Assembly: GCA_945861965.1 (NCBI GenBank)
Contig: CAMAWM010000010.1
Span: 996 to 64,995 of the forward strand
Source of the DNA: Chitinophaga pinensis
Lineage (GTDB): Bacteria > Bacteroidota > Bacteroidia > UKL13-3
Direction: 5' to 3'
Length of the DNA stretch: 64,000 bases
The notes beneath the pieces were generated by a model. The model did no database searches, was not told the origin of the DNA, and saw nothing but the letters and a program-made list of their open reading frames with translations. This document shows, piece by piece, positions 10,284 to 19,808 of this stretch. The position numbers were made by a program, and so were the translations under genes. Within the stretch, counting starts at the first letter, position 1. Every line of letters starts with the position of its first letter.

Positions 10284-12110
10284 CTAAAAATAACTCAAAT
10301 ACCCAAAATGAATTTTTCCGTTTTCAAATTCTATGGGATTGTTAAATTGTTTTCCCAAAGCATAAAAAATTGAAAATATTCCTGCACCCGATTCAAAATT
10401 CATTCCCGCACCAAAACCAAATGGTGCATCGTTTATTTTTCTCGCTTCATTTGCATACCAAGCCTTGTTGTAGAAAAAAATAAAATTCGAATTCTGAGCA
10501 AGCAAGTATCTTAATTCAAAGTTAGCAATGCCATATTTATTGGCGAAAATACTTTGTTCGTCAAATCCCTTCAATGTTTTTAATCCACCAATGCGGAAAA
10601 GTTCATTAGTAAAAAGATTTTCGCTTTGCAACCAAGCAAAACGCGCCTGTGAATGCAAAACAAAATTTTTGAAAATTTGAAAATAAAAATCAGCGAGCAA
10701 ACTGGCTTTGTATTGTATGTATTCTAATTTTATTGAATCGTATAAGTTGTAATATTTTCCAGTGCCATCGCTAATTTGCAGCGAATTGATGGTAGAGTTT
10801 CTGACAATTTGTTTGGTGCCTAAATAGAAATCTGCTTCTACAGAAAATCCTTTTGTAGGGTTTAAAAAATAATCCAACTTTGTTTTTTTAACACCCAATC
10901 CGTAAAAATAATTTCTGATATCATTTGCTTGAGGCAAAAGTTTACTTACAAAAATAGAATTGGTATCAATGCTTAATAATGTGGTGCTTTGTTGCGAGTA
11001 CGAAACTTTAAAATAATCGGTTCCAATAAATCGGTATTGCATGGCAAATTCATGTTGCACATCAACAAAAGCAGTATCGTATTTTAAAATTTGCAATCCA
11101 TAATCCAAGGCCAATTTTGTCCCTAAAAAATATGGATAATTAAATTTTAGTTTTAATTCCTGCGAGTTATTTAAAAAGCTTTTTACACTTGCTTCTAAAC
11201 TTTTTCCGCTGCCCAAAATGTTTTGTAATTTTAAATTTACATCTCCGGTTATTATTAGTTTGTTATTAAATTGACTGTTGGGCGCAAATCCTATTATGCC
11301 ATCAAATGTGCTTGCTTTTCGTTTGCTTAAATACAAAGCGGGTTTGGCTTTGTTTCCGTAAAAATAAACACTTGAAACACGCAAGCGGCTTACATAAGGC
11401 AGTTCGCTAATTCTTGAATCTGTAGTTTTAAAAATCTTTTCGTTGTATAAATTTCCTGAGTTTATTCCAGTGTAATTTTTCAAAAAGCGATACGAAATAT
11501 TGGCATCGCCAGTAATTTTTACAGAATCAAAAACCACTAAAATATTTTTTTGAAGATGGAGAGCTGCAGAAATATTGTTGCTGTCAACAAGAATCGAATC
11601 AAGCTTAATGCTTGCAAATGGATATCCGTTGTTTTCTAAAAAAAACAAAATCTTTTTTATATTTTTTGAAAAATCGGTAGGAGAAAAAACTGCATTGTCA
11701 AATTGGTAAAGTTTAATTCCTGCATCGTTTAATAATTCAGTTGAAACATTTCCTTTTGATAAGTTAATCCATCGAAAACTTTTTCCGGGTTTAACAGTTA
11801 AAACAAATGAATCGCTTGGATAGGATTGCAATTCGTTTTCTGCCGCCAAAAAAGAAAGTTCGTTGCAACGCAACATTATTTGTTGAATTTCTTTTTGAAC
11901 AGCAAAAGTGTCGCTTACGATTTTTCGATATGAAATGTTGTTTTCAAAAAAACCCTTTTGAATAGAATTATAATTAACAAATAATTTTACATTGCTTTGT
12001 GCCAACAAACAAAAGCAAGTAGATAAAACAAATACATGGAGCAAAAGATATTTTTTCAAAAACGAAAATTTATTTATCGGTGTATAATCAATTACTAATT
12101 TGAGCGGCAT
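10284..12110 (-). CDS. Omp85/BamA-family outer-membrane protein
   Basis: 608 aa with POTRA-like N-terminal segments, a beta-barrel-like C-terminal half and a C-terminal ...GYLSYF ending in an aromatic residue. Confidence 0.6.
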   Translation of the reverse strand: MPLKLVIDYTPINKFSFLKKYLLLHVFVLSTCFCLLAQSNVKLFVNYNSIQKGFFENNISYRKIVSDTFAVQKEIQQIMLRCNELSFLAAENELQSYPSDSFVLTVKPGKSFRWINLSKGNVSTELLNDAGIKLYQFDNAVFSPTDFSKNIKKILFFLENNGYPFASIKLDSILVDSNNISAALHLQKNILVVFDSVKITGDANISYRFLKNYTGINSGNLYNEKIFKTTDSRISELPYVSRLRVSSVYFYGNKAKPALYLSKRKASTFDGIIGFAPNSQFNNKLIITGDVNLKLQNILGSGKSLEASVKSFLNNSQELKLKFNYPYFLGTKLALDYGLQILKYDTAFVDVQHEFAMQYRFIGTDYFKVSYSQQSTTLLSIDTNSIFVSKLLPQANDIRNYFYGLGVKKTKLDYFLNPTKGFSVEADFYLGTKQIVRNSTINSLQISDGTGKYYNLYDSIKLEYIQYKASLLADFYFQIFKNFVLHSQARFAWLQSENLFTNELFRIGGLKTLKGFDEQSIFANKYGIANFELRYLLAQNSNFIFFYNKAWYANEARKINDAPFGFGAGMNFESGAGIFSIFYALGKQFNNPIEFENGKIHFGYLSYF

Positions 12111-13224
12111 TTATATTCATATCCCTTTTTGTAAACAATCCTGTCACTATTGTAATTTTCATTTTAGCACAAATACCGCTTACAAAGAAAAACTAATTTC
12201 ATGCATACTAAAAGAAATTGAACTTCAAAAAAATTATCTTGAAGGAGAAACCTTGCAATCCATTTATTTTGGCGGTGGTACGCCAAGTTTATTAAACGTG
12301 AATGAGATTGAAAATATTTTAGAAGCAATACAAAAAAATTTCAAAGTTCTAAAAAATGTAGAAATAACATTGGAAGCAAATCCCGATGATTTAAAGAAAG
12401 AAAAAATTAATCAACTAGCGAAAACGCCTGTCAATAGACTAAGTATTGGTGTCCAAAGTTTTTTTGACAATGATTTAATTTGGATGAACCGAGCTCACAA
12501 TGCATCAGAATCTTTGGCTTCGATAAAAATGGCTCAAGATGCTGGGTTTAAAAATATAACCATTGATTTAATTTATGGAATTCCTGGATTGACTAATGAT
12601 AATTGGAAGAAAAATCTTGAAACATCATTGAGTTTAAATATCAATCATATCAGCAGTTATGCTTTAACAGTTGAGCCGAAAACAGCTTTGCATACGTTTA
12701 TCGAACAAGGAAAATATTTGAATGTAAACGATGAGCAGAGTTCGGAGCAATTTGAGATTTTGATAAACACACTTGAAGCAAATAATTTTGAGCAATATGA
12801 AATCAGTAATTTTGCAAAGGGAAAAAACTATTCAATTCACAACAGCAATTACTGGAAGAATAAAAAATATTTGGGAATCGGTCCATCGGCACATTCGTAT
12901 AATAGCAATTCGCGAAGTTGGAATGTTTCAAGCAATCAACTTTACATCAAATCAATTGAAGCAAATAAAATCAATAGCGAAACAGAAGTTTTAACAATTC
13001 AAAACAGGTTTAATGAATATGTAATGACGGGCCTTCGCACCATGTGGGGTTGCAATTTAAATTATATTGAAAAGAAATTTGGAATTGAAAACAGAAACAA
13101 ACTAAATGAAAACGCAAAAAGTTTTTTTGATAGAAAACTGATGACCGAAAAAAACGGGACTTTATTTTTAACAAAACAAGGAAAACTATTTGCAGATGGA
13201 ATTTCTTCCGAATTGTTTCTATGA
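12100..13224 (+). CDS. hemW: radical SAM heme chaperone HemW / HemN-like oxygen-independent coproporphyrinogen oxidase family
   Basis: 374 aa starting YIHIPFCKQSCHYCNF (the CxxxCxxC radical SAM motif). The start codon is TTG. Confidence 0.85.
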   Translation: MSGIYIHIPFCKQSCHYCNFHFSTNTAYKEKLISCILKEIELQKNYLEGETLQSIYFGGGTPSLLNVNEIENILEAIQKNFKVLKNVEITLEANPDDLKKEKINQLAKTPVNRLSIGVQSFFDNDLIWMNRAHNASESLASIKMAQDAGFKNITIDLIYGIPGLTNDNWKKNLETSLSLNINHISSYALTVEPKTALHTFIEQGKYLNVNDEQSSEQFEILINTLEANNFEQYEISNFAKGKNYSIHNSNYWKNKKYLGIGPSAHSYNSNSRSWNVSSNQLYIKSIEANKINSETEVLTIQNRFNEYVMTGLRTMWGCNLNYIEKKFGIENRNKLNENAKSFFDRKLMTEKNGTLFLTKQGKLFADGISSELFL

Positions 13225-13830
13225 TTTTTTGCTATGCTTCAGCACTTTTGCTTCAACATAAAAAATAATTTCTTCAGCAATATTTTTAGTATGATCGCCA
13301 ACACGCTCTAATTTTCTGATAATAGAAAGCACATTCAAAGCCTGTTCTACATTGTCTAAATTATTTCGGATATATGCGGTAATTTGAAAATTGGCTTCGG
13401 CATTTATTTGATCAAGCGTTTTATCCAATTTAAACACATTTCTTGCAATTTCAGTATCTTCATTTGCAAATGCCATTTCTGCTTCTTCCATTATATTTAT
13501 TGCTTCGTCAAACATTTTTACAAGATTTGACGATTGTAATAATTCCTCAGCAAAAGGCTTGTCAACATCAACCAAAAGTTTTGCAATCCCCTCAGCAATG
13601 TCACCGTTCCGTTCTAAGTTATTATTAATTTTTAGGACGGCTAAAATATATCTCAGATCTACGGCAACAGGATTGTAAAGCGCAAAAAAATCTTCACAGG
13701 TTCTATCAATTTGAAGCTCCTGAGTGTTTACTCTTTTCTCTGTTTTTATAATTTCTTCGGCTAAGTTTTTATCGTAGTTAAACAAAACTTTACGTGCTTC
13801 GGCAAGCTGAATGGTTACCAACGCAAACAT
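13219..13830 (-). CDS. phoU: phosphate signalling regulator PhoU; the longest ORF lacks the first ~17 codons because of a 1-nt frameshift (true start likely 13880)
   Basis: 203 aa with two PhoU repeats (ERNGDIAEG and ERVGDHTKNIAEE). The upstream mini-ORF 13880-13830 (MTHFEEELKALKKEVK*) continues the PhoU N-terminus in another frame. Confidence 0.8.
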   Translation of the reverse strand: MFALVTIQLAEARKVLFNYDKNLAEEIIKTEKRVNTQELQIDRTCEDFFALYNPVAVDLRYILAVLKINNNLERNGDIAEGIAKLLVDVDKPFAEELLQSSNLVKMFDEAINIMEEAEMAFANEDTEIARNVFKLDKTLDQINAEANFQITAYIRNNLDNVEQALNVLSIIRKLERVGDHTKNIAEEIIFYVEAKVLKHSKKS

Positions 13831-13911
13831 TATTTTACTTCTTTTTTTAAGAGCTTTAATTCTTCTTCAAAGTGTGTCATTCGTATATTTTTTATTTAGT
13901 AATGATTTTGA

Positions 13912-14277
13912 TTATCCAAATCTACCCGTAACATAATTTTGGGTTTGTTGGTTATTTGGGTTTGTAAAAATAATTTTAGTTTCATCAAACTCAATCAAAC
14001 TTCCCATATAAAAAAAAGCAGTATGATCACTCACGCGTGCTGCTTGTTGCATATTGTGAGTTACAATCAAGATGGTATAATTTTTTTTTAATTCATGAAT
14101 CAACTCTTCAATTTTTGAGGTTGAAATTGGATCAAGTGCCGATGCTGGTTCATCCATCAACAATACAATTGGCTCAACAGCAAGTGCGCGTGCTATGCAA
14201 AGGCGTTGTTGTTGTCCGCCAGAAATTGCGTAAGCAGATTTTTTTAAATCGTCTTTTACTTCATCGCTAACATTATG
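13912..14277 (-). pseudogene. pstB: 5'-truncated pstB (phosphate ABC transporter ATPase), C-terminal ~120 codons only
   Basis: The frame reads [50 protein letters not shown]...YVTGRFG, covering the ABC signature, Walker B and H-loop. There is no Walker A and an in-frame TGA lies just upstream at 14278-14280. Confidence 0.8.
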
Positions 14278-14423
14278 TCAATGTAAATTCAATGTTAAGG
14301 AAATGTTAAATGAAGGTTTTGAAAAGTAAAATGAACCCAATTATGAAACAATTTAATTTTTGGAGAAAAACTGCTGGTTGTTTTTTAAATGAAACAGGAT
14401 TAGAAATAAACTAGACGAGAAAT

Positions 14424-15251
14424 TTACATTACAATATTCTCAAATACATGATGAAGATTTGTATGGTCTAAATCTTCGTCCTCATCGGGAAGTGTTGTGT
14501 ATTCGTCTTCTTTAAAGTGATAAAGTTTCCATTCGCCTTTATTGTATTCAAGCGAGCTGCAGTTTTCTATCCAATCGCCCGAGTTTAAATAACAAGTATG
14601 GCCTTTTGATGTAGTAATATTTCTTACAGTGGGTTGATGAATATGGCCACAGATTACATAATCGTATTTTTTTTCGATGGCAATGTCAATGGCTGTTTGT
14701 TCAAAATCGTCAATAAATTTTATGGCTGATTTTACACTGTTTTTAATTTTTTTAGAAAGTGAAATGGGGCCTCTTCCTACTAATTTACTAATCCAATTGC
14801 CAACGTGATTTATTAAAATTAAAAAATCATAACCGGCCGATCCTAGTTTTGCCAGCCATTTGCTGCCTTTCATTGTAATATCAAAAACATCGCCATGAAA
14901 AAACCAAGCTTGCTTTCCGTCAATCGTTAATACTAATTTATTTAGCAATTCAAATTTCCCCATTTTAAAATCGGTAAATTTTCTTAGCATCTCATCGTGA
15001 TTTCCGGTAAGATAATAAACCTGAGTACCTTCTGACATCATTTTTGTAATCCTTTGCAAGACCTTCATATGCGACTCTGGCCAATAATGTTTGCTAAATT
15101 GCCACATATCTATAATGTCGCCATTCAAAATTAAAATCTTAGGGTCAATAGATTTTAAATATTTATTTAATGATTTTGCTCTACAGCCGTAGGTGCCAAG
15201 ATGAATATCAGAAATCACACAAATTTTCAGTTTCCGTTTTGACATTTTCAA
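14424..15251 (-). CDS. LpxH-like calcineurin-type metallophosphoesterase (UDP-2,3-diacylglucosamine diphosphatase family)
   Basis: 275 aa with the motifs SDIHLG, NGDIID, GNHD and CGHIH. Confidence 0.7.
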   Translation of the reverse strand: MKMSKRKLKICVISDIHLGTYGCRAKSLNKYLKSIDPKILILNGDIIDMWQFSKHYWPESHMKVLQRITKMMSEGTQVYYLTGNHDEMLRKFTDFKMGKFELLNKLVLTIDGKQAWFFHGDVFDITMKGSKWLAKLGSAGYDFLILINHVGNWISKLVGRGPISLSKKIKNSVKSAIKFIDDFEQTAIDIAIEKKYDYVICGHIHQPTVRNITTSKGHTCYLNSGDWIENCSSLEYNKGEWKLYHFKEDEYTTLPDEDEDLDHTNLHHVFENIVM

Positions 15252-15307
15252 TTCTAAGTTTTACAAAAAAACGCTGTTCATATTAAGCTACCGTTAATTG
15301 AAACATT

Positions 15308-16678
15308 TTATTGGTTTGATAAAAACGTTTTGTACCAAACCCCCGATTCTTTAATTGTTCTTTTTTGTGTTTCAAAATCAATATGTACTAAACCAAAACG
15401 AGGATGATATCCTTCGGCCCATTCAAAATTATCGGTAAGCGACCAAACAAAATAGCCATCAATTTTCAATCCTTCTTTTTTTGCTTTTAGCACTTGTTCA
15501 AGGTAGTTGCTTATAAAATGAACTCGCTGACTATCGTTCACTTTTTCGTTTTCTATGCTGTCAGGAAATGCTGCGCCATTTTCAGTAATTATTATTTTTT
15601 TGATTCCATCGTACTTGTCAAATTGTTTAATCATTTCATAAATCCCTTCAGGATAAACTTCCCAATTCATGCTGGTATGAAATACTTTTCTTTTGTTAGC
15701 CGGAATGGGCTTTGCTTTAATATAAGGGACATAAAATTTATGCTTTACTACTTCTCGTGTATAGTTTTGAATTCCTATAAAATCAAAATCTGCTTTCATC
15801 AATTCCTCATCGCCCGGCTTCATGTAATTTTCAATTTGTTTTAAAAAAGGTAAATCAGCAATTGGATAACCCAAACCCAATGCTGGTTCAATAAATAAAC
15901 GATTAACCAATGCATCACTACGTTTAACAGCCGCCAAATTTTTTTTTGAATTAGAAAAAGCCGAAATATAAGAACACGAAAAAGTAGAACCAACGGATGC
16001 GGTTGCTTGTATGCTTTTAATTATTTTTTGTCCGTTTGCCTGACATAAAACTGCGTGGTGAACAGCAGGCAAAAAATGCTTTAATCCTTTTTTTCCGGGA
16101 GCATGAACGCCTAAATAATACCCAGAACCCGTAAAAACCATTGGCTCATTTAATACCATCCAGTATTTAATTCGGTCCTTAAATTTTTGACAGCAAAAAG
16201 CAACATATTCTTCAAACCAATTTACAATTTCGCGATTGGCCCAACCGCCTTTTTTTTCTAATTCATTAGGCAAATCCCAATGATAAAGTGTAATCCAGGG
16301 TTCGATGTTTTTTTCAATACACAAATCAATAATTCGATTATAAAAATCAACACCTTTCTGATTAACTTTTCCAATTCCGTTTGGAAAAATTCTTGACCAT
16401 GAAATTGAAAATCGAAAATTTGGGATGTTTAGAGATGCTATAATCTCAATATCGGTTTTATATAGATTATAAAAATCAGCAGCGGTTTTGTGCGAATGAT
16501 TATTTAGAATCTTACCTCGTTTTTCGACAAATACATCCCAAGTTGAAAGGCCTTTTCCGTCTTGATCAAAAGCTCCTTCTGTTTGAAGTGCAGAAGTTGA
16601 AATTCCCCAATGAAAATCTTTGCCGAAATATTTTTTATTTATATCCGAATGTAAATTAAGCCGGGGAATCTTTCTCAT
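15308..16678 (-). CDS. GH1 beta-glucosidase
   Basis: 456 aa with the catalytic motifs LNEP (acid/base) and ITENGAA (nucleophile). Confidence 0.9.
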   Translation of the reverse strand: MRKIPRLNLHSDINKKYFGKDFHWGISTSALQTEGAFDQDGKGLSTWDVFVEKRGKILNNHSHKTAADFYNLYKTDIEIIASLNIPNFRFSISWSRIFPNGIGKVNQKGVDFYNRIIDLCIEKNIEPWITLYHWDLPNELEKKGGWANREIVNWFEEYVAFCCQKFKDRIKYWMVLNEPMVFTGSGYYLGVHAPGKKGLKHFLPAVHHAVLCQANGQKIIKSIQATASVGSTFSCSYISAFSNSKKNLAAVKRSDALVNRLFIEPALGLGYPIADLPFLKQIENYMKPGDEELMKADFDFIGIQNYTREVVKHKFYVPYIKAKPIPANKRKVFHTSMNWEVYPEGIYEMIKQFDKYDGIKKIIITENGAAFPDSIENEKVNDSQRVHFISNYLEQVLKAKKEGLKIDGYFVWSLTDNFEWAEGYHPRFGLVHIDFETQKRTIKESGVWYKTFLSNQ

Positions 16679-16684
16679 ATAATT

Positions 16685-17722
16685 TTATTGAAAGAAAGAA
16701 TATTTTGAGTGTTCAAACTTGGGGGCAACTTTTTTGCCCGCATGGTTTTCGATAATGGTGTCAAGTATTTTTTCAGTTATGTCAGGATAATTTACTTCAA
16801 CAATTTTGTCACTTTCTAAAAAATCTTTTATTTTAAATATATATTTTCTTTTAAATTTTTTCATTACCGGCACGCCCATACTTTTCAGCATGGCTGCATT
16901 GCAATATTGCTCATACTGCAATTTCATAGGAACTACTAATAACTTCTTTTTTAGAAACAAAGCTTCGCTTGGGGTACCAAAACTTGAGGTGCAAATTACG
17001 CCCGATGATGATGCCATACTTTCTAAAAACAAATCGTTGTGGATGGGTTGAATGTGGATGTTTTTAAATGAGTATTCCTTTTTGCTGTGCTTTGAAAAAA
17101 CCTCCCACTTAATTTCTTTAAATTTTTTCAAGTGTTTTATTATTCGTTCATCATCGTGCGATGGAAGGTAAACTGTGTAATGCCCCTTGTCAGTTGTTTT
17201 TTGTTTACGAACCTGTTTTCGAATAATGGGAGTGAAGATATTTTTATCAAGGCTTTTAAAATGATAGCCGTAATTAAATGTGGTAGGCACAAAATGCTTT
17301 AAAACCATTTTACCCACCACATCAATTCGTTTGGGTTTGGGTGCAAGCGGATGCAAAGTGGCAACCTGATTGCTTAGTCCCACCGAAGGCATTTTTGCTT
17401 TGATAGCTGCCCAGCACGAGACGGGTTCAAAATCACTGATAATTAAATCATATTCATTAACCGGAACTTGTTTTATTTCTCGAAGCATATTTCTGGAATT
17501 CATTTTCACAAAACTTTTCCAATAATCCACGCCACCTTTTTTGCCGAAAACAAAACCAATGCCTTTTAATTTGTATTTAACATCAAACGGAAGTTTTATT
17601 TCAGAAGCCATTCCGCTGATAAGCACATCTACTTCTCCTTTTTTCTTCAGCAGGGGGATAATTTCCATGGCGCGGGTAATATGCCCGTTGCCTGTTCCGT
17701 TTACAGCATAAAGTATTTTCAT
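16685..17722 (-). CDS. glycosyltransferase (GT-B fold; MGDG synthase / UDP-glycosyltransferase-like)
   Basis: The track ORF extends to 17818, but MKILYAVNGTGNGHITRA at 17722 is the typical N-terminus. The product is 345 aa. Confidence 0.65.
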   Translation of the reverse strand: MKILYAVNGTGNGHITRAMEIIPLLKKKGEVDVLISGMASEIKLPFDVKYKLKGIGFVFGKKGGVDYWKSFVKMNSRNMLREIKQVPVNEYDLIISDFEPVSCWAAIKAKMPSVGLSNQVATLHPLAPKPKRIDVVGKMVLKHFVPTTFNYGYHFKSLDKNIFTPIIRKQVRKQKTTDKGHYTVYLPSHDDERIIKHLKKFKEIKWEVFSKHSKKEYSFKNIHIQPIHNDLFLESMASSSGVICTSSFGTPSEALFLKKKLLVVPMKLQYEQYCNAAMLKSMGVPVMKKFKRKYIFKIKDFLESDKIVEVNYPDITEKILDTIIENHAGKKVAPKFEHSKYSFFQ

Positions 17723-17900
17723 AAGCGAAAATTTGTTTTTGCAAGAATAAATATTTCTTTTAGTTGTATTGAAAAAAGTATTCGTTTTGTGTTGTAGTGC
17801 TTTTTTAATACAAGCCACTCACTTAACAATAAAGTAATTATTTGTTAACATTCGACTTAGGGTACATTAATAATCTTGTGAAACCTAAAAACAGATTTCA

Positions 17901-19649
17901 ATGTCAGACCTTATAAAAGAATCGGATTTAAGTAATGCTTTGCAGTTGGAAAAACTGCACATGAAAATTTTTGCACCGGCATTGATGAAACTTTTAAAGC
18001 TAAAAAAACTGAATAAAGCTATAGAAGAAAACGAACATTTAAAGGGCGTTGAATTTGTTGATCACTTTCTGAAACAGTTGAAAGTAGAATATGAAATTGA
18101 TGCCGAAGATTTGAAAAATATACCTCTGAACAATTCCTTTATTGCATTAGCCAATCATCCGTATGGTGGAATTGATGGCTTGATATTGTTATCTATTTTC
18201 TTGAAAGCAAGACCAGATTTTAAAGTTTCTGCAAATTATTTATTGCAAAGAATTGAAAGTGTAAAAGAAAATTTTATTCCGGTAAATCCATTTGAAAATG
18301 ATAAAGACAAAGGGAAAAGCATATCGGGTTTAAAAAAACTATTGAGGCACGTAAAAGAAAGTCCCGTTGGGATTTTTCCGGCTGGCGAAGTTTCTTCCAT
18401 AAAATTTAGTCGATTAAAAGTATTAGACAAATCATGGAATCCTATTGTCGGAAAAATAATTAAGAAATCGGAAGCAGATGTATTGCCAGTTTTTTTTAGT
18501 GGAAATAACAGTTTAATATTTAATTTGCTAGGCTTATTAAATCCTAATTTCAGAACAGCCAAACTTCCATCTGAATTGTTCAATAAAAAACAAAAAGTAA
18601 AAGTACGAATAGGCAAAATAATCTCTAACAAATCAATTTCGGATTTTAAAGATTCAGACGATATGCTTAATTTTTTGAGAGCAAAAACGTATGCACTTGG
18701 TACTGGAATTGAAGTGAAGAAAAATTTTAGAGCAACCCTTAAAAGTATAAGTAAACCAAAAGCTGTAATTCCTGCCATCGATAAAAATAGTTTAGCAAGC
18801 GAAATTTGTACATTAAAAAAAACAGCCTTGCTTTTCTCGCACCAACAGTATGAAATTTATATTTGTGCAGCAACTCAAATACCTTATTGCTTGAAAGAGA
18901 TTTCGCGATTGCGAGAAATTGCTTACAGAGAGGTTGGCGAAGGAACAAATCGAAGTTTTGACAGCGATGCTTTTGACGCTTATTATAAACATCTTTTTAT
19001 TTGGGATTCAAAAGCGCAATGTATTGTTGGCGCTTACCGTTTGGGTTTGGGAGATGAACTTTTTGCGGTGTTTGGAAAAAAAGGCTTTTATCTAAATCAA
19101 CTTTTTAAAATTCAAAAAGAGTTTAATCCCTATCTGCAAAAATCAATTGAATTAGGTCGCTCATTTGTTACAAAAGAATATCAACGAAAACCTTTAAGTC
19201 TGTTGTTGCTTTGGAAAGGAATCAACGAATTTTTGAAAAAAAATCCAGATAGATTCAAATACATGATTGGACCTGTAAGCATTAGCAATAGTTTTTCAAG
19301 TTTGTCCAAAGATTTGTTGGTAGCATATATTCGACATAATCATTACGACAGAAAACTCTCGAAATTAATAAAAGCACGAAAGAAATTTAAATACAAATTT
19401 AAAGGCGAAGAAGGCAAGAGTTTAATTAAAAAACATTCAGACGATATAAAGAAACTAGATAATTTTATTTCGGAAATTGAAACAACGCATTTAAAAATTC
19501 CGGTACTTATAAAAAAATATTTGAAGCTGAATGCTAAAATAGTTTCATTCAATATCGATCCAAAATTTAATGATTCTCTTGATGGATTTTTGATTTTGGA
19601 AATAGATCAAATACCAGAAAAAGCATTTGATATGTTAATTAAAAATTAA
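17901..19649 (+). CDS. olsF: bifunctional acyltransferase, OlsF-like (N-terminal PlsC-type acyltransferase plus C-terminal OlsB/hemolysin-like GNAT N-acyltransferase)
   Basis: 582 aa. The N-terminal half has ANHPYGGIDG and FPAGEVS acyltransferase blocks. The C-terminal half has LREIAYREVGEGTNRSFDSDAFDAYYKHLFIWD, typical of the Acetyltransf_5/OlsB-like family. Confidence 0.6.
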   Translation: MSDLIKESDLSNALQLEKLHMKIFAPALMKLLKLKKLNKAIEENEHLKGVEFVDHFLKQLKVEYEIDAEDLKNIPLNNSFIALANHPYGGIDGLILLSIFLKARPDFKVSANYLLQRIESVKENFIPVNPFENDKDKGKSISGLKKLLRHVKESPVGIFPAGEVSSIKFSRLKVLDKSWNPIVGKIIKKSEADVLPVFFSGNNSLIFNLLGLLNPNFRTAKLPSELFNKKQKVKVRIGKIISNKSISDFKDSDDMLNFLRAKTYALGTGIEVKKNFRATLKSISKPKAVIPAIDKNSLASEICTLKKTALLFSHQQYEIYICAATQIPYCLKEISRLREIAYREVGEGTNRSFDSDAFDAYYKHLFIWDSKAQCIVGAYRLGLGDELFAVFGKKGFYLNQLFKIQKEFNPYLQKSIELGRSFVTKEYQRKPLSLLLLWKGINEFLKKNPDRFKYMIGPVSISNSFSSLSKDLLVAYIRHNHYDRKLSKLIKARKKFKYKFKGEEGKSLIKKHSDDIKKLDNFISEIETTHLKIPVLIKKYLKLNAKIVSFNIDPKFNDSLDGFLILEIDQIPEKAFDMLIKN

Positions 19650-19776
19650 GCAATCGCACAGTATTTACAAAAATTAAATAAAAACACCTCCGCAGCTAAC
19701 GCTTCCATAACATTGGGTTAATATTCTGTTAACTCAAAAGTAACAATTCATTAATTATGGGCAATCATTCAGGGAG

Positions 19777-19784
19777 TAATTTTG
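19777..19784 (+). promoter_or_regulatory. candidate -7 box (TAATTTTG) upstream of the TonB-dependent receptor
   Basis: Exact TAnnTTTG match, 25 nt before the ATG at 19809. Confidence 0.3.
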
Positions 19785-19808
19785 TATCCGATTTTAATTT
19801 AACAATTT

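Noticed and set aside
18236-18778. 180-aa minus-strand ORF inside the OlsF-like gene.
   Set aside because: It is antisense to a continuous 582-aa ORF with recognisable acyltransferase motifs. AT-rich antisense frames are often open in this genome.
19650-19808. A possible riboswitch (for example cobalamin or TPP) upstream of the TonB-dependent receptor.
   Set aside because: I could not find the conserved cores (B12 box, TPP CUGAGA) or a convincing multi-stem structure by eye. Only a -7 promoter box stands out.
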